The translations under genes and the position numbers were made by a program. A DNA stretch of 64,000 nucleotides from an uncultured delta proteobacterium (GTDB taxonomy: Bacteria > Desulfobacterota > Desulfuromonadia > Desulfuromonadales > BM103): assembly GCA_963715335.1 (NCBI GenBank), contig CAVQRZ010000022.1, positions 96,001 to 160,000 of the forward strand, in the 5' to 3' direction. Below, one piece after another: positions 29,510 through 39,656 of the stretch. Every line of letters starts with the position of its first letter. Within the stretch, counting starts at the first letter, position 1. The notes under the pieces were generated by a model. It did not search any database, was not told the DNA's origin, and saw only the letters and a program-made list of their open reading frames with translations.

Positions 29510-30397
29510 ATGAACAAGCCGACAGATGAAGAATTGATTGAGGAAATCCGCCGGCGTTTTGAATTCAATCAGAACGCTCTGAACGACATGCGTGCGATGA
29601 CTCGCAAGCTGGAACAGGTCAATGTGAAACTCCAGGAATCCGAAGCTCTGAAGAGTCAGTTCCTCTCCAATATCCGCAACGAGATCAACAACCCCCTCTC
29701 GGCAATTATGGGCCTGGCCGGTCAATTCTTCGATCGCTCCTGCGACCCTGAAATCTGCAGGAAGACGATCAGTATGATCTATGCGGAGGCGTTCAACCTG
29801 GATTATCAGCTCCAGAATGTTTTCATGGCTGCCGAACTGGAAGCAGGTGATACAGAGCCGGCTTTCGCCATGGTCGACATCAGTTCGGTCCTGAACAGTT
29901 GCCTGGATAAGCTTGGCTATCGGATTTCGGACAAGGCCCTCTCTGTCTCCAGGCAGGTCCCCGAGGACCTGGTTTTCCCGACCGATGCCCAGAAAATTGA
30001 AATTATTCTGCTTAACCTGCTCGGCAACGCGGCCGAATTCACCGAACGTGGCGGTTTGATCACTCTCGAGGTTGAAGAGAACAGGCAGGGGTTGGTCGTG
30101 TCGGTGAGTGATAACGGCCCGGGAATCAGCGCCGCCGACCAGGAGGTCATATTTGACCGTTTCCGGCAGCTCGAAGCCGGCGCGACCAAGGGCCATCGTG
30201 GCCATGGCCTGGGCCTGAGCATCTGTTGGGCTTTGGCAGAACTGCTCGGCGGGGTCCTTGACCTTGACAGCCAGCCCGGGCATGGCAGCCGGTTCGTGCT
30301 GTCTCTGCCGCGTCCCGATGTCGAGACTGTTGTCCATGCCTCTGAGGGCAATTTCTTCATCTTTGATGACACGGAAGGTGAGGTCAAAACCTTCTAG
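29510..30397 (+). CDS. Soluble histidine-kinase-like protein with Asn in place of the phospho-His
   Basis: Coiled coil, FLSNIRNEINNPL H-box, NLLGNA, DNGPG, FDRF and GHGLGL. Confidence 0.88.
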   Translation: MNKPTDEELIEEIRRRFEFNQNALNDMRAMTRKLEQVNVKLQESEALKSQFLSNIRNEINNPLSAIMGLAGQFFDRSCDPEICRKTISMIYAEAFNLDYQLQNVFMAAELEAGDTEPAFAMVDISSVLNSCLDKLGYRISDKALSVSRQVPEDLVFPTDAQKIEIILLNLLGNAAEFTERGGLITLEVEENRQGLVVSVSDNGPGISAADQEVIFDRFRQLEAGATKGHRGHGLGLSICWALAELLGGVLDLDSQPGHGSRFVLSLPRPDVETVVHASEGNFFIFDDTEGEVKTF

Positions 30398-30400
30398 CTT

Positions 30401-30907
30401 ATGAATCTGCCAATAACAACGCCTCAGGCTGAAGCCCTGCCGCGCCATTACCTCTATCCGGGCACACTGTTCGTGCACCGTCAAGCGCACCTGGTCACCA
30501 CTGTCCTGGGCTCCTGCGTCGCCGTATGCCTCTGGAACCAGACTTCCCAACTCGGCGGGATCAATCATTACCTGCTGCCACTGTGGAACGGTGAAGGCCT
30601 GCCGACACCCAAGTACGGCAACATCGCGATCGCCAAGCTGGTCGAAAAGGTCAGGGCACTTTCCAACCCCGGTGACAAACTGATCGCCAAGGTGTTCGGT
30701 GGTGCTTCCATGTGGGAGAAAACCGAAGGCTTGCTGGCGATTGGCCAAAGAAACATCGAATTTGTCGTTGAGGCCCTGGAATCCCACAAAATCCCGATTG
30801 TCGGCAGTGACCTGGGCGGTTATCACGGCCGCAAGGTGATCTTCAACAGTGGCGACGGCACGGTTCTGATGCGCCGACAGCGGTCGATGCGCATGTCACA
30901 ACCTTGA
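30401..30907 (+). CDS. cheD: Chemoreceptor glutamine deamidase
   Basis: TTVLGSCVAVCL, GGINHYLLP, AKVFGGA and IGQRN. Confidence 0.95.
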   Translation: MNLPITTPQAEALPRHYLYPGTLFVHRQAHLVTTVLGSCVAVCLWNQTSQLGGINHYLLPLWNGEGLPTPKYGNIAIAKLVEKVRALSNPGDKLIAKVFGGASMWEKTEGLLAIGQRNIEFVVEALESHKIPIVGSDLGGYHGRKVIFNSGDGTVLMRRQRSMRMSQP

Positions 30908-30979
30908 CGAACGGCATGCCTTCTCAGCCACAGATTAATTGCCGGTACGGCACGCTCTTGCTGGACAGGCAGGTGATGC

Positions 30980-31186
30980 TTAGGCTGCCTTGATTTGCCG
31001 ATAACCCCTGACTTGATTTTCGGTACAGCGTTGCCGTGTATATCGTGCCGGCCCCGCTTGTGTTTTGTTGGATGAGCTGCGGGTCGAAGCGGCGTCCGAA
31101 TCAGGTTTTGAGTGGTTTTTGCTTGTGGGGATCAACTGGCTGATGCCTGCGACCAGGAATCCTGCCAACATGATGATTTCAAACAT
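30980..31186 (-). CDS. Small membrane-anchored hypothetical protein
   Basis: GGGAGG RBS, hydrophobic N-terminus MFEIIMLAGFLVAGISQL, basic tail; 68 aa. Confidence 0.6.
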   Translation of the reverse strand: MFEIIMLAGFLVAGISQLIPTSKNHSKPDSDAASTRSSSNKTQAGPARYTRQRCTENQVRGYRQIKAA

Positions 31187-31347
31187 GACTTGCCTCCCTC
31201 GGTTGTTACCCAGTTAACTTGCGTGCTGTGACAGAATAGGTCACAGTCAGGGCCGCCTGATTCGAAGTCTCGTTTGATGTTGTTGCGACGGTTCTCTGCG
31301 AAGCGCTCCGGCATGAAAAAATGGCCATATATTAGGATGTTTGAATA

Positions 31348-31376
31348 TTGACGAAGCCTGTAAAATCGTATACAGT
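31348..31376 (+). promoter_or_regulatory. Sigma70-type promoter for acnB
   Basis: TTGACG-N17-TACAGT. Confidence 0.6.
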
Positions 31377-31469
31377 ATGCAGGTTTCGGTTCGACTTGAA
31401 CCCTGTTTTACTCAGGTTATAAACGGTGACAGCTATTTGTTTCACCTACAACTATGATGGAGGAGAGAG

Positions 31470-34001
31470 ATGATTGAAGCTTATCTGATGCACGAAAAAG
31501 AGCGGAATGCCCAGGGTATTCCGGCTCTTCCACTCAACCCGGAGCAGACCACGGATCTATGTGTTTTGCTGCAAAGCCCTCCGGCCGGCAAGGAAGAGTT
31601 CCTGATGAACCTGTTCACCGAAAGGGTTTCTCCCGGTGTTGATCCTGCTGCCGAAGTCAAGGCCGGGTTCCTGGCAGAAATTCTGAAAGGCACCAAGAGC
31701 TCGCCGCTGATCGACAAGCAGAAGGCCGTGCAGATCCTGGGCACCATGATCGGCGGCTACAACGTGCAACCATTGATTGCTGCACTCGGTGATGCTGCTG
31801 TGGCCGATGCCGCTGCGTCAGCTTTGTCCGGCATGACCTATGTTTATGATGCTGCCGGTCAAGTGATTGAACTTGCCAAAAACAATGCTGCAGCAAAAAA
31901 AGTCGTTGAAAGCTGGGCTGCCGCCGAGTGGTTCACTAACAAACCTGCCATGGCAGAAATCATTAAAGTCAAGGTTTTCAAGGTAGATGGTGAAATCAAC
32001 ACCGATGATTTTTCTCCTGCCGGCGATGCATGGAGCCGTCCTGACATCCCGTTGCATGCTCTGGCCATGGGTAAGACCCGTTTCCCCGGTGGTATCGAAG
32101 AAATCGCCAAGTGGCGCGCTGAAGGCCATCAAGTCGCTTTTGTCGGTGATGTGGTCGGTACCGGATCTTCCCGTAAATCGGCATGTAATAGCGTTCTGTG
32201 GTGTATCGGTGATGATATCCCGGCCGTTCCGAACAAGCGCCGTGGTGGTGTGATCATCGGTGGTGTTATCGCTCCGATCTTCTTCAATACCGCCCAGGAT
32301 TCCGGCACCTTGCCTTTGAGGATGGATGTCGCCAAGTTGAATATGGGTGATGTTATCACCATCAATACCGCAAAGGGTGAAGTCACAAACGAAGCTGGCG
32401 AGGTTCTCTCGACTTTCGAAATCAAGCCGGATACGGTACCTGACGAGTTCCGGGCCGGTGGTCGGATCCCGCTGATTATCGGTTGCGCCGTGACCAAGGA
32501 GGCCCGCGAAGCCCTGGGTCTGGGAGAGTCCGATATCTTTGCCAAGACGGTAAATCCTGCGCCCAAACCTGGTCAGGGCTACACCCAGGCGCAAAAGATG
32601 GTTGGTCGCGCCTGTGGCGTCGAAGGCGTCCTGCCCGGTTCTTCCTGCGCACCGGTCATGACCACGGTCGGTTCCCAGGACACGACTGGCCCGATGACCG
32701 CCGATGAGATCAAGGAGCTTGCCTGCCTCCGGTTCAAATCTCCGATGGTCATGCAGTCTTTCTGCCATACCGCCGCTTATCCGAAACCAGCCGACGTGAA
32801 GATGCATGCAAATCTGCCGAAATTTATCTCCGACCGAGCCGGAGTGGCGTTGCGTCCCGGTGACGGTGTTATCCACAGCTGGTTGAACCGTCTGCTGGTT
32901 CCCGATACCGTCGGTACCGGTGGTGATTCGCACACTCGTTTCCCGATTGGCATCAGCTTCCCGGCAGGTTCTGGCCTGATCGCTTTTGCCGGGGCTCTGG
33001 GTTTTATGCCCCTTGATATGCCTGAATCTGTTCTGGTTCGTTTTAAGGGTGAGTTCAAAGAGGGCATCACCCTGCGTGATGCTGTGAATGCCATCCCTTA
33101 CTGGGCTATCAAGCAAGGGCTCTTGACTGTGCCGAAGAAAAACAAGGTCAACATCTTCAACGGCCGGATCCTGGAGATGGAAGGACTGCCGAATTTGTCT
33201 GTTGAACAGGCTTTTGAATTAACCGACGCCGCTGCCGAGCGTTCTGCTGCTGCCGGTTGTATCCAACTCTCCGAAGAGAGTGTCTGCACTTACCTGCGCT
33301 CGAACGTTGCACTGATGAAAAAAATGATCGAAGAAGGTTACCAGGACCCGGAGACCCTGCAGGGTCGGATCGATGCCGTCAACGAGTGGCTCAAGGCTCC
33401 CAAACTGCTTAAAGCCGATGCCAACGCCGAGTATGCTGCAGTGATCGAAATCGATCTGGCTGAAATTACCGAGCCGATCCTCGCCTGCCCAAACGATCCG
33501 GATGACGTCAAGCTGCTTTCCGATGTTCAGGGAACGCCGATCCAGGACGTCTTCCTCGGCTCCTGTATGACCAACATCGGTCATTTCCGTGCGGCCGCTG
33601 AGGTCTGGCGTGGTGAGAAGTTCAACCCGAATGTCCGTACCTGGGTCTGCCCGCCGACCCGCATGGACCAGGCCAAGCTGAAAGAAGAGGCGGTTTTCTC
33701 GGTCTTCAGTGCCATGGGTGCCCGTCTGGAAATAGCCGGTTGTTCGCTCTGCATGGGGAACCAGGCCCGAGTGCCCGATGGCGTGAATATGTTCTCTACT
33801 TCGACCCGTAACTTTGATGACCGCATTGGCAACGGCGCCCGGGTCTACCTCGGTTCCGCCGAACTCGGTGCAGTGACCACAAGCATGGGCAAACTGCCGA
33901 CTCCAGCCGAGTACCTGGCGGTCTACAAGGAGAAGATTGCTCCCAAGGCCGATTCCATTTATCAGTACCTGCAGTTTGATGAAATGGATGGGTACAAGTA
34001 A
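31470..34001 (+). CDS. acnB: Aconitate hydratase B
   Basis: WSRPDIPLHA, VGTGSSRKS, GSQDTTGPMT, DSHTRFP and Fe-S Cys motifs (GSCMTN, GCSLCMGN). Confidence 0.98.
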   Translation: MIEAYLMHEKERNAQGIPALPLNPEQTTDLCVLLQSPPAGKEEFLMNLFTERVSPGVDPAAEVKAGFLAEILKGTKSSPLIDKQKAVQILGTMIGGYNVQPLIAALGDAAVADAAASALSGMTYVYDAAGQVIELAKNNAAAKKVVESWAAAEWFTNKPAMAEIIKVKVFKVDGEINTDDFSPAGDAWSRPDIPLHALAMGKTRFPGGIEEIAKWRAEGHQVAFVGDVVGTGSSRKSACNSVLWCIGDDIPAVPNKRRGGVIIGGVIAPIFFNTAQDSGTLPLRMDVAKLNMGDVITINTAKGEVTNEAGEVLSTFEIKPDTVPDEFRAGGRIPLIIGCAVTKEAREALGLGESDIFAKTVNPAPKPGQGYTQAQKMVGRACGVEGVLPGSSCAPVMTTVGSQDTTGPMTADEIKELACLRFKSPMVMQSFCHTAAYPKPADVKMHANLPKFISDRAGVALRPGDGVIHSWLNRLLVPDTVGTGGDSHTRFPIGISFPAGSGLIAFAGALGFMPLDMPESVLVRFKGEFKEGITLRDAVNAIPYWAIKQGLLTVPKKNKVNIFNGRILEMEGLPNLSVEQAFELTDAAAERSAAAGCIQLSEESVCTYLRSNVALMKKMIEEGYQDPETLQGRIDAVNEWLKAPKLLKADANAEYAAVIEIDLAEITEPILACPNDPDDVKLLSDVQGTPIQDVFLGSCMTNIGHFRAAAEVWRGEKFNPNVRTWVCPPTRMDQAKLKEEAVFSVFSAMGARLEIAGCSLCMGNQARVPDGVNMFSTSTRNFDDRIGNGARVYLGSAELGAVTTSMGKLPTPAEYLAVYKEKIAPKADSIYQYLQFDEMDGYK

Positions 34002-34033
34002 ATGATAAAGTAGAACGCAGAAAGTAAAATGAG

Positions 34034-34064
34034 AAGGCCGCTCCCTATGGAGCGGCCTTTTTTT
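34034..34064 (+). terminator. Rho-independent terminator after acnB
   Basis: AAGGCCGCTCC-ctat-GGAGCGGCC followed by T7. Confidence 0.9.
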
Positions 34065-34123
34065 GAAGTGCGAAGCGCGAATTGCGAAAAAGCTTTACTG
34101 CCTTCAGGCTGAACGATAACTTT

Positions 34124-34178
34124 CCTCGCACCTCGCACCTCGCACCTCGCACCTCGCACCTCTCACCTCTCACCTCCA
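34124..34178. repeat. Tandem heptamer repeat (CCTCGCA)x5 (CCTCTCA)x2
   Basis: Read directly; degenerate inverted units TGCGAAG/CGCGAAT/TGCGAAA lie at about 34069-34089. Confidence 0.95.
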
Positions 34179-34293
34179 CCTTGCTTAATTACTTGCACCT
34201 GCGACACTTCAACGCTAGATTAATGCCAGAGGCATTTGCGCGTAACGACCCTGATCTGCAATCCGCAGATTATCCAACGGCAAGGGTTTTCGG

Positions 34294-35732
34294 ATGTCAG
34301 AAGACAATGTCCTGTTTCAGCCCATCAAGAAGTTCTGCCGGCGCAATGTGGCCACCTGTGAGCCTGATGACACGGTTTTGCACGTTGCCGGTGACATGCG
34401 CGACCGGAACATCTCCAGCATAATCGTTTGTGAAGACGCCATGCCAGTGGGAATCTTGACCGATCGCGACCTGCGCAACAAGGTCGTTTCCCTGGCGATT
34501 GATCCTGCCACGGTTACCGCCCGCGACATCATGAACGCCCCGTTGATTACGGTCAGTGAAGATGATTTTATTTTTGAAGCGCTCTACCGGATTTCCAAGA
34601 ACAATATCCACAGGATCTGTGTCGTTGATCAGGATAATCGCCTATCAGGGATCATCACCGTCACAGACATCATGCGTTTGCAGACGCACTCGCCGCAGGA
34701 GCTGATCCGTGACATCGATAATGCTGCCACCCTCGACGAGTTGAAGAACTACCATCTGCAGATTCAGGCTCTGGTCCTGCATCTCGTCAGTACCGGAGTC
34801 CCCCCCGGGAGCTGGTCCGCATGATCGCACTGTTGAATGACCAGCTGCTGCTGCGCCTGATTGAGCTCCTGCGCGCCCGTCAGTTCTGCGACATGACCGA
34901 TAAGTTTGCGTTTGTCGTGCTTGGCAGTGAAGGGCGCCGTGAACAGACCCTGACCACAGATCAGGACAATGCGATTATCTATGCTGACGATCTCTCCCCG
35001 GCAGAAATTGCCGAAATCGCAGCCTTCTCGGAGAAGCTCATCGATTCTTTGATTGAGATAGGCGTCCCGCCTTGCCCTGGGGGTATCATGGCGAAAAACC
35101 AGTTCTGGAGGCGCAGCTTCAGCGAATGGGCAAAGGTGCTCGGTACCTGGCTGACCAATCCGCTGCCGGAACATATTCTGAATGGCAGCATGTTTTTCGA
35201 CCTGCGCACGATTTATGGTGATCCACGTCTGGAAAAAGGCCTCAGGGAGATGCTGGTTGGACATTTCAAAGAAGAAAAGATGTTCCTGACCCGATCTGCG
35301 GCCAACATCAATCGCTTCAAACCGCCGCTCGGCCTTTTAGGGGGCATCAAGACCGAGCATGACGAAGAGCATCGCGGCCAGATTGATGTTAAAAAGGCCG
35401 GCATCTTCGCAATTACCGAGGGGGTCAAGGCCCTTGCCATGGAGGCCGGGGTCATGGGCGGTGGAACCCGTGAGAGGGTAGAGGCCCTGGTTGAAAAACA
35501 GGTCCTGACCCAAAAGTTGGCCGATAATCTCGAGGCCAGCTACAACTATCTGGTTTTCCTGCGTTTGCGCTGCCAGGTCGAAAACATCAAGGCCGGAAAT
35601 CCGCCGGGCAATTACATCACCTTGTCCAGGCTCAATCACATGGAAAAGGGCCGTTTAAAAATCGCTTTTGAAGAAATCAACGAGTTCCATGAATTCCTCA
35701 GGGTCCATTTCCGTGTCCATCTGCTGCGCTGA
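34294..35732 (+). CDS. CBS-pair plus DUF294 nucleotidyltransferase-like protein; apparent -1 frameshift in a C7 run at about 34800
   Basis: GILTDRDLR CBS motif; LGSEGRREQ-x4-DQDN, GGIMAKN and FFDLR; one more C restores GVPPRELVRM. Confidence 0.85.
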
Positions 35733-36447
35733 ATCCTCTTGTCGTCGGCGACAAAAAAATCTCGTCAGATTGGCCCTGGTCAGCATTGTCCTGGCCGTTC
35801 TTTTGACCGTCACCGGATGCCGTAATCCGATCGATACGACGGCTTTGAACTCGCTCGCAAAATCCGACGTCGACATGATGGCGGATACTAGCCTGCAGGA
35901 AATGAACCGGCTTTTGGAGGCTTTGCTGGTCAAGCTCTACGAGCGTAATCCGCGCGAGCTCGACAAACTCTCCGGCATGTCGGTCGGACAGCGTCAAGAC
36001 CAGATTTTCGACTCTCAGGATCGGCTGGTATTCAATGAATTGAACAGCAAGCAGGGGACGGACGCATTAAACCTGGCGTTTAATCCTGATTACCGGGGAG
36101 ACCGGGTCTTTGCGCTGATGGCCGGGTTGGTCGGTATGGTGCGAAGCGCCTATAACTGGCAGACGGAACAATTCATGTTCGACTCGCTCGATGAACAGAA
36201 ACTGTTCAATTGCGCCCGCAACATTGAGGTCCTTGCCTGGCGGCTGAGCAACGAAAGAAATGCGGAAGGAAAGCTTCTGCTGTTGTCAAACAGCCTGCCC
36301 GGTGAAGCGGAAAACCTGGGCTTTGAGCGCTTGTTCGGCAAGATGATTGCCATCCAGGACATGATGGCTTTCATGGTCGTCGGCAAGTGGGACCGGGGGG
36401 TGCACAACGTGATTATGAAAGCGGTCTTCCTGCCGATGGGGATCTAG
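35713..36447 (+). CDS. Hypothetical lipoprotein
   Basis: Basic stretch, hydrophobic core and VTGC lipobox; start uncertain. Confidence 0.7.
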   Translation: MSICCAESSCRRRQKNLVRLALVSIVLAVLLTVTGCRNPIDTTALNSLAKSDVDMMADTSLQEMNRLLEALLVKLYERNPRELDKLSGMSVGQRQDQIFDSQDRLVFNELNSKQGTDALNLAFNPDYRGDRVFALMAGLVGMVRSAYNWQTEQFMFDSLDEQKLFNCARNIEVLAWRLSNERNAEGKLLLLSNSLPGEAENLGFERLFGKMIAIQDMMAFMVVGKWDRGVHNVIMKAVFLPMGI

Positions 36448-36478
36448 GCGGAGAGATCAATGATACGGATACAGACTA

Positions 36479-37402
36479 TCATTCATACTCAATCAGCGTC
36501 TGGCTGCCTTGCTGCGGCTTCTGGTTGAAGCCGTTGGCATAGCCCCAGAAAGAGATAATCTTCAGCAGAAGTTTTGCCGCGGTCATCTCCGAAACACGAC
36601 TGGCTTCCGGGACAAGTTCGACGATGTCCACACCGCGCAGATCGATGGACCTCCCGGAGAAGAGCGACTCGAGCAGTTCGATCATATGGTACCAGAAAAA
36701 GCCGCCCGGCTGCGGTGTCCCGACCCCAGGTACGACGGCCGGGTTGAAGACGTCCATGTCAACCGATAGGTAGACCGGCCCTTCAATCGAGTTGACCCTT
36801 TGCAGGAAGGCATCCCATTGTCCCTTGCCGCGCAAGTCCCAGTCGAGAAAGAGGCTGATGCGGGGCTCCTTTTCGATGCGCTCCACTTCATTCTCAAAGA
36901 GCGACCGGATCCCGCCCATGATGATCTTGTGTCCCTGGTCGAGCAGGCGATTGACCGGGCAGGCGTGGTTAAACCCACTCCCTTCGTAGCTGATGCGCAT
37001 GTCGGCGTGGGCATCGAGGAAGAGCACCGTCCCCGGTTTGGGCATGCGGGCCTGGACCAGTGACGGGGTCAGCGAATGTTCACCGCCGAGACCGATGAAC
37101 AGGTTGTCCGACGGTAGCGTCGCCACCTGCGCGGTCAAGGCTTTATGCAGTTCGGCATCGGTGAGCGCCCTGTCGTCGGCAAACTCTGGCAAGACGCTGA
37201 GCAGCATATGTTTGAAAGGGGCCCAGCCGGCATCCTCTTCGTAAAATTCGAGCTGCACGGAGGTGTCGAGAATGGCGCGGGGCGCATCAGCGGTCCCTGG
37301 TTTGAAGGAGACCGTTCTTTCAAGGGGGATTGGCAGGATCAGGATGTCGGCCTGGTCAGCAGGTGCGTTGGACATTTCGAGAAACTGTAATCTGTCGGGC
37401 AT
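36479..37402 (-). CDS. speB: Agmatinase / ureohydrolase family protein
   Basis: GGEHS, DAHAD, SVDMD, PGVGTP-x-PGG and DIVE motifs. Confidence 0.85.
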   Translation of the reverse strand: MPDRLQFLEMSNAPADQADILILPIPLERTVSFKPGTADAPRAILDTSVQLEFYEEDAGWAPFKHMLLSVLPEFADDRALTDAELHKALTAQVATLPSDNLFIGLGGEHSLTPSLVQARMPKPGTVLFLDAHADMRISYEGSGFNHACPVNRLLDQGHKIIMGGIRSLFENEVERIEKEPRISLFLDWDLRGKGQWDAFLQRVNSIEGPVYLSVDMDVFNPAVVPGVGTPQPGGFFWYHMIELLESLFSGRSIDLRGVDIVELVPEASRVSEMTAAKLLLKIISFWGYANGFNQKPQQGSQTLIEYE

Positions 37403-37423
37403 GGGTAAGTCCTTGTGAATTAT

Positions 37424-37473
37424 AGGAATTCAGAATCCAGGATATAAAAATATAGAATACAGAATTCAGAACA
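37424..37473. repeat. Degenerate tandem heptamer repeat (CAGAATW-like, about 7 units)
   Basis: aggaatt cagaatc caggata taaaaata tagaata cagaatt cagaaca. Confidence 0.7.
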
Positions 37474-37516
37474 GTAAAACGATAAAATTCCTTATCTGGC
37501 AGATTAGGGAAGGATC

Positions 37517-38824
37517 CTAACTCATCACAGCAAGCTCTTCGGCAACGGCTTCAGTCATCCCGATCAGAAGTGCGTCAAGCTCCCGGTCGCTGATGCTGTA
37601 AGGCGGCATCACGTAAACCAGTTTGCCGAAGGGGCGGACCCAGACGCCTTTATCGACAAAACGCCGGGTGATTGAGGCCATATTGACCGGACGTGCGAGC
37701 TCCAGTACACCTATGCCACCGATGCAGCGAGCATCAACAACCCCATCCCATTCCAGGCAGGGCTGCAAACTGCTGGCAAGGGTTTTGGTCATCGCGGCAA
37801 GGCGCTCCTGCCATGGACTGTCGAGCAACAGGTCGATGCTGGCAATGGCGATGGCGCAGGCCAGCGGGTTAGCCATAAAGGTTGGCCCATGCATGAAGGC
37901 TCCGGGCGCGGTCGTCGAGATCGTTTGGCTGATCATGGCGGTCGTCAAAACGGCGGCCAGACTCATGTAGCCGCCGGTGATCGCCTTACCCAGGCACATG
38001 ATGTCGGGAGATATGCCGGCGTGCTCGCAGGCAAACAGTTTGCCGGTCCGGCCAAAACCGGTGGCGATTTCATCGGCGATCAGCAGGATGTTGAACTGAT
38101 CACAGAGGGTTCGCACCTGGCGAAGGTATTCAGGGGCATAGAAACGCATGCCTCCCGCACCCTGAACGATCGGCTCGAGGATGACTGCGGCGATCACACT
38201 GTGGTGAGTCTCGACCAGGCTGCGGAAGCTGGCGATGTCACTGTCCTGCCAGTCCTCGTCGCGGGTGATGGTCGGTGCCTCGGCAAAGAATTGTTTGGCG
38301 AGGATCTGCGTGAAGAGATGGTGCATGCCCGTTTCGGGATCGCAGACGGCCATAGCGCCGGTCGTGTCGCCGTGGTAACCGCGCCGGATGGTCAGCATTT
38401 TCTGCTTGTCAGGTTGCCCTTTGGCGACCCAGTACTGGACCGCCATCTTTATGGCAACCTCAACACTCACTGAGCCGGAATCACAGAAAAACACCTTCTC
38501 AAGCGGTTTGGGAGTCAACCTGACCAGGCGTGCCGCAAGCTCAGCAGCAGGCCGGTGGGTCAGTCCGCCGAACATGACATGTGACATGCTGTCCAGTTGC
38601 GCTCTCGCGGCCTGATTGAGAACCGGGTGATTGTAGCCATGGATGGCCGACCACCAGGATGACATGCCGTCAATCAGTTCGCGTCCATCCTCCAGGGTCA
38701 GATGGACCCCTAGAGCGCTTTTCACGGGGTAGGGTGGCAGGGCCCCTTCGAGAGGCGCATAGGGGTGCCAGACGTGATTTCTTTCGAATTCGAGCCAGCT
38801 TTTATCGCTCAGATAATTCTTCAT
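37517..38824 (-). CDS. bioA: Adenosylmethionine-8-amino-7-oxononanoate aminotransferase
   Basis: [36 protein letters not shown] and HGPTFMANP. Confidence 0.97.
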   Translation of the reverse strand: MKNYLSDKSWLEFERNHVWHPYAPLEGALPPYPVKSALGVHLTLEDGRELIDGMSSWWSAIHGYNHPVLNQAARAQLDSMSHVMFGGLTHRPAAELAARLVRLTPKPLEKVFFCDSGSVSVEVAIKMAVQYWVAKGQPDKQKMLTIRRGYHGDTTGAMAVCDPETGMHHLFTQILAKQFFAEAPTITRDEDWQDSDIASFRSLVETHHSVIAAVILEPIVQGAGGMRFYAPEYLRQVRTLCDQFNILLIADEIATGFGRTGKLFACEHAGISPDIMCLGKAITGGYMSLAAVLTTAMISQTISTTAPGAFMHGPTFMANPLACAIAIASIDLLLDSPWQERLAAMTKTLASSLQPCLEWDGVVDARCIGGIGVLELARPVNMASITRRFVDKGVWVRPFGKLVYVMPPYSISDRELDALLIGMTEAVAEELAVMS

Positions 38825-38854
38825 AATCGTTCACAGACAAAACAAAAGAAATTA

Positions 38855-38927
38855 GCCGCCAAGGCACCAAGGCACGAAGAGATAATTTGACAGCTGATTT
38901 TCTTGGTGTCTTCGTGTCCTAGTGGTT
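38855..38927. repeat. REP-like imperfect inverted repeat built from 8-mer units (CCAAGGCA)
   Basis: gccgccaaggcaccaaggcacgaaga ... tcttggtgtcttcgtgtcctagtggtt; related copy at 42658. Confidence 0.75.
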
Positions 38928-38973
38928 AGCACGAGCATCGTTAAAATCATAAAGTTTCAGTATTGAGAACGGT

Positions 38974-39002
38974 ATCCTAGCGGAAAAGAGCGGTTTGGAC
39001 AA
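38974..39002 (-). promoter_or_regulatory. Possible sigma70 promoter for bioA
   Basis: TTGTCC-N17-TAGGAT on the minus strand. Confidence 0.4.
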
Positions 39003-39005
39003 GAA

Positions 39006-39656
39006 TCATGGCTTGGGATTGTGATTCCATTTTGCCTGTCGAACATCCTGTCGCGGGAGGAATTTATGCCGCAGCCAGGCAACCAGAAGGAAGACGATAA
39101 CTGCCAGGGCAATCAACAGGCCGAGCCGTCCCGCCAGGGTCTCGGCCTGCTGCCAGCTGGTGCCGCCCAGGTAGCCGATTCCCGGGTAGCTGATCCCCCA
39201 GAGGATGCTGCTGATAAGGGCATAACAGGAAAATACGCTTGGCCGCATCCGGCTCACCCCGGCGACAAATGGTACCAGACCGCGGATCGGCCCGAGGAAA
39301 CGGCCCAGAAAAACGCTCTTGCCACCATGCTCGAGGAAGAAAATTTCCGCCAGTCGTAACAGCCCTTGATGTTGTTTTAGTAGCCGCCAATTCCACAGGT
39401 GGATGCCGAAACGTGCCCCCAGCCAGTAACTGAGAAAGTCGCCGATCACAGCCCCCAGCCCAGCCGCAGCCATGATCGTCATGATCGGGGCCTTGTCGTG
39501 GAAGGCCAGCCAGCCGCTGAAGACGGTCAGGACACTGCCAGGCATGATCAGACCTATGCCGACGAGCGCTTCAAGGAACGCGACGATGAAAACCGCTGTG
39601 ATGAACAGCGTTCCACCCGGTACCTGGTTAAACAGGTTCAACAGCCATTGTTCCAA
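39006..39656 (-). CDS. DedA family membrane protein
   Basis: FLEALVGIGLIMPG, GDFLSYWLG and GRFLGPIR motifs; TTG start after GAGG (ATG at 39716 is the alternative). Confidence 0.9.
   Translation of the reverse strand: MEQWLLNLFNQVPGGTLFITAVFIVAFLEALVGIGLIMPGSVLTVFSGWLAFHDKAPIMTIMAAAGLGAVIGDFLSYWLGARFGIHLWNWRLLKQHQGLLRLAEIFFLEHGGKSVFLGRFLGPIRGLVPFVAGVSRMRPSVFSCYALISSILWGISYPGIGYLGGTSWQQAETLAGRLGLLIALAVIVFLLVAWLRHKFLPRQDVRQAKWNHNPKP

Noticed and set aside
30947..30962. CGGCACGCTCTTGCT as a sigma54 promoter
   Set aside because: GG-N9-GC spacing, and it points into the 3' end of a convergent gene
34124..34178. Short tandem repeats as a CRISPR array
   Set aside because: 7-bp units without spacers, and no cas genes
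38970..39003. BirA operator upstream of bioA
   Set aside because: Only one half-site-like stretch (GGTTTGGACAA); no matching dyad partner
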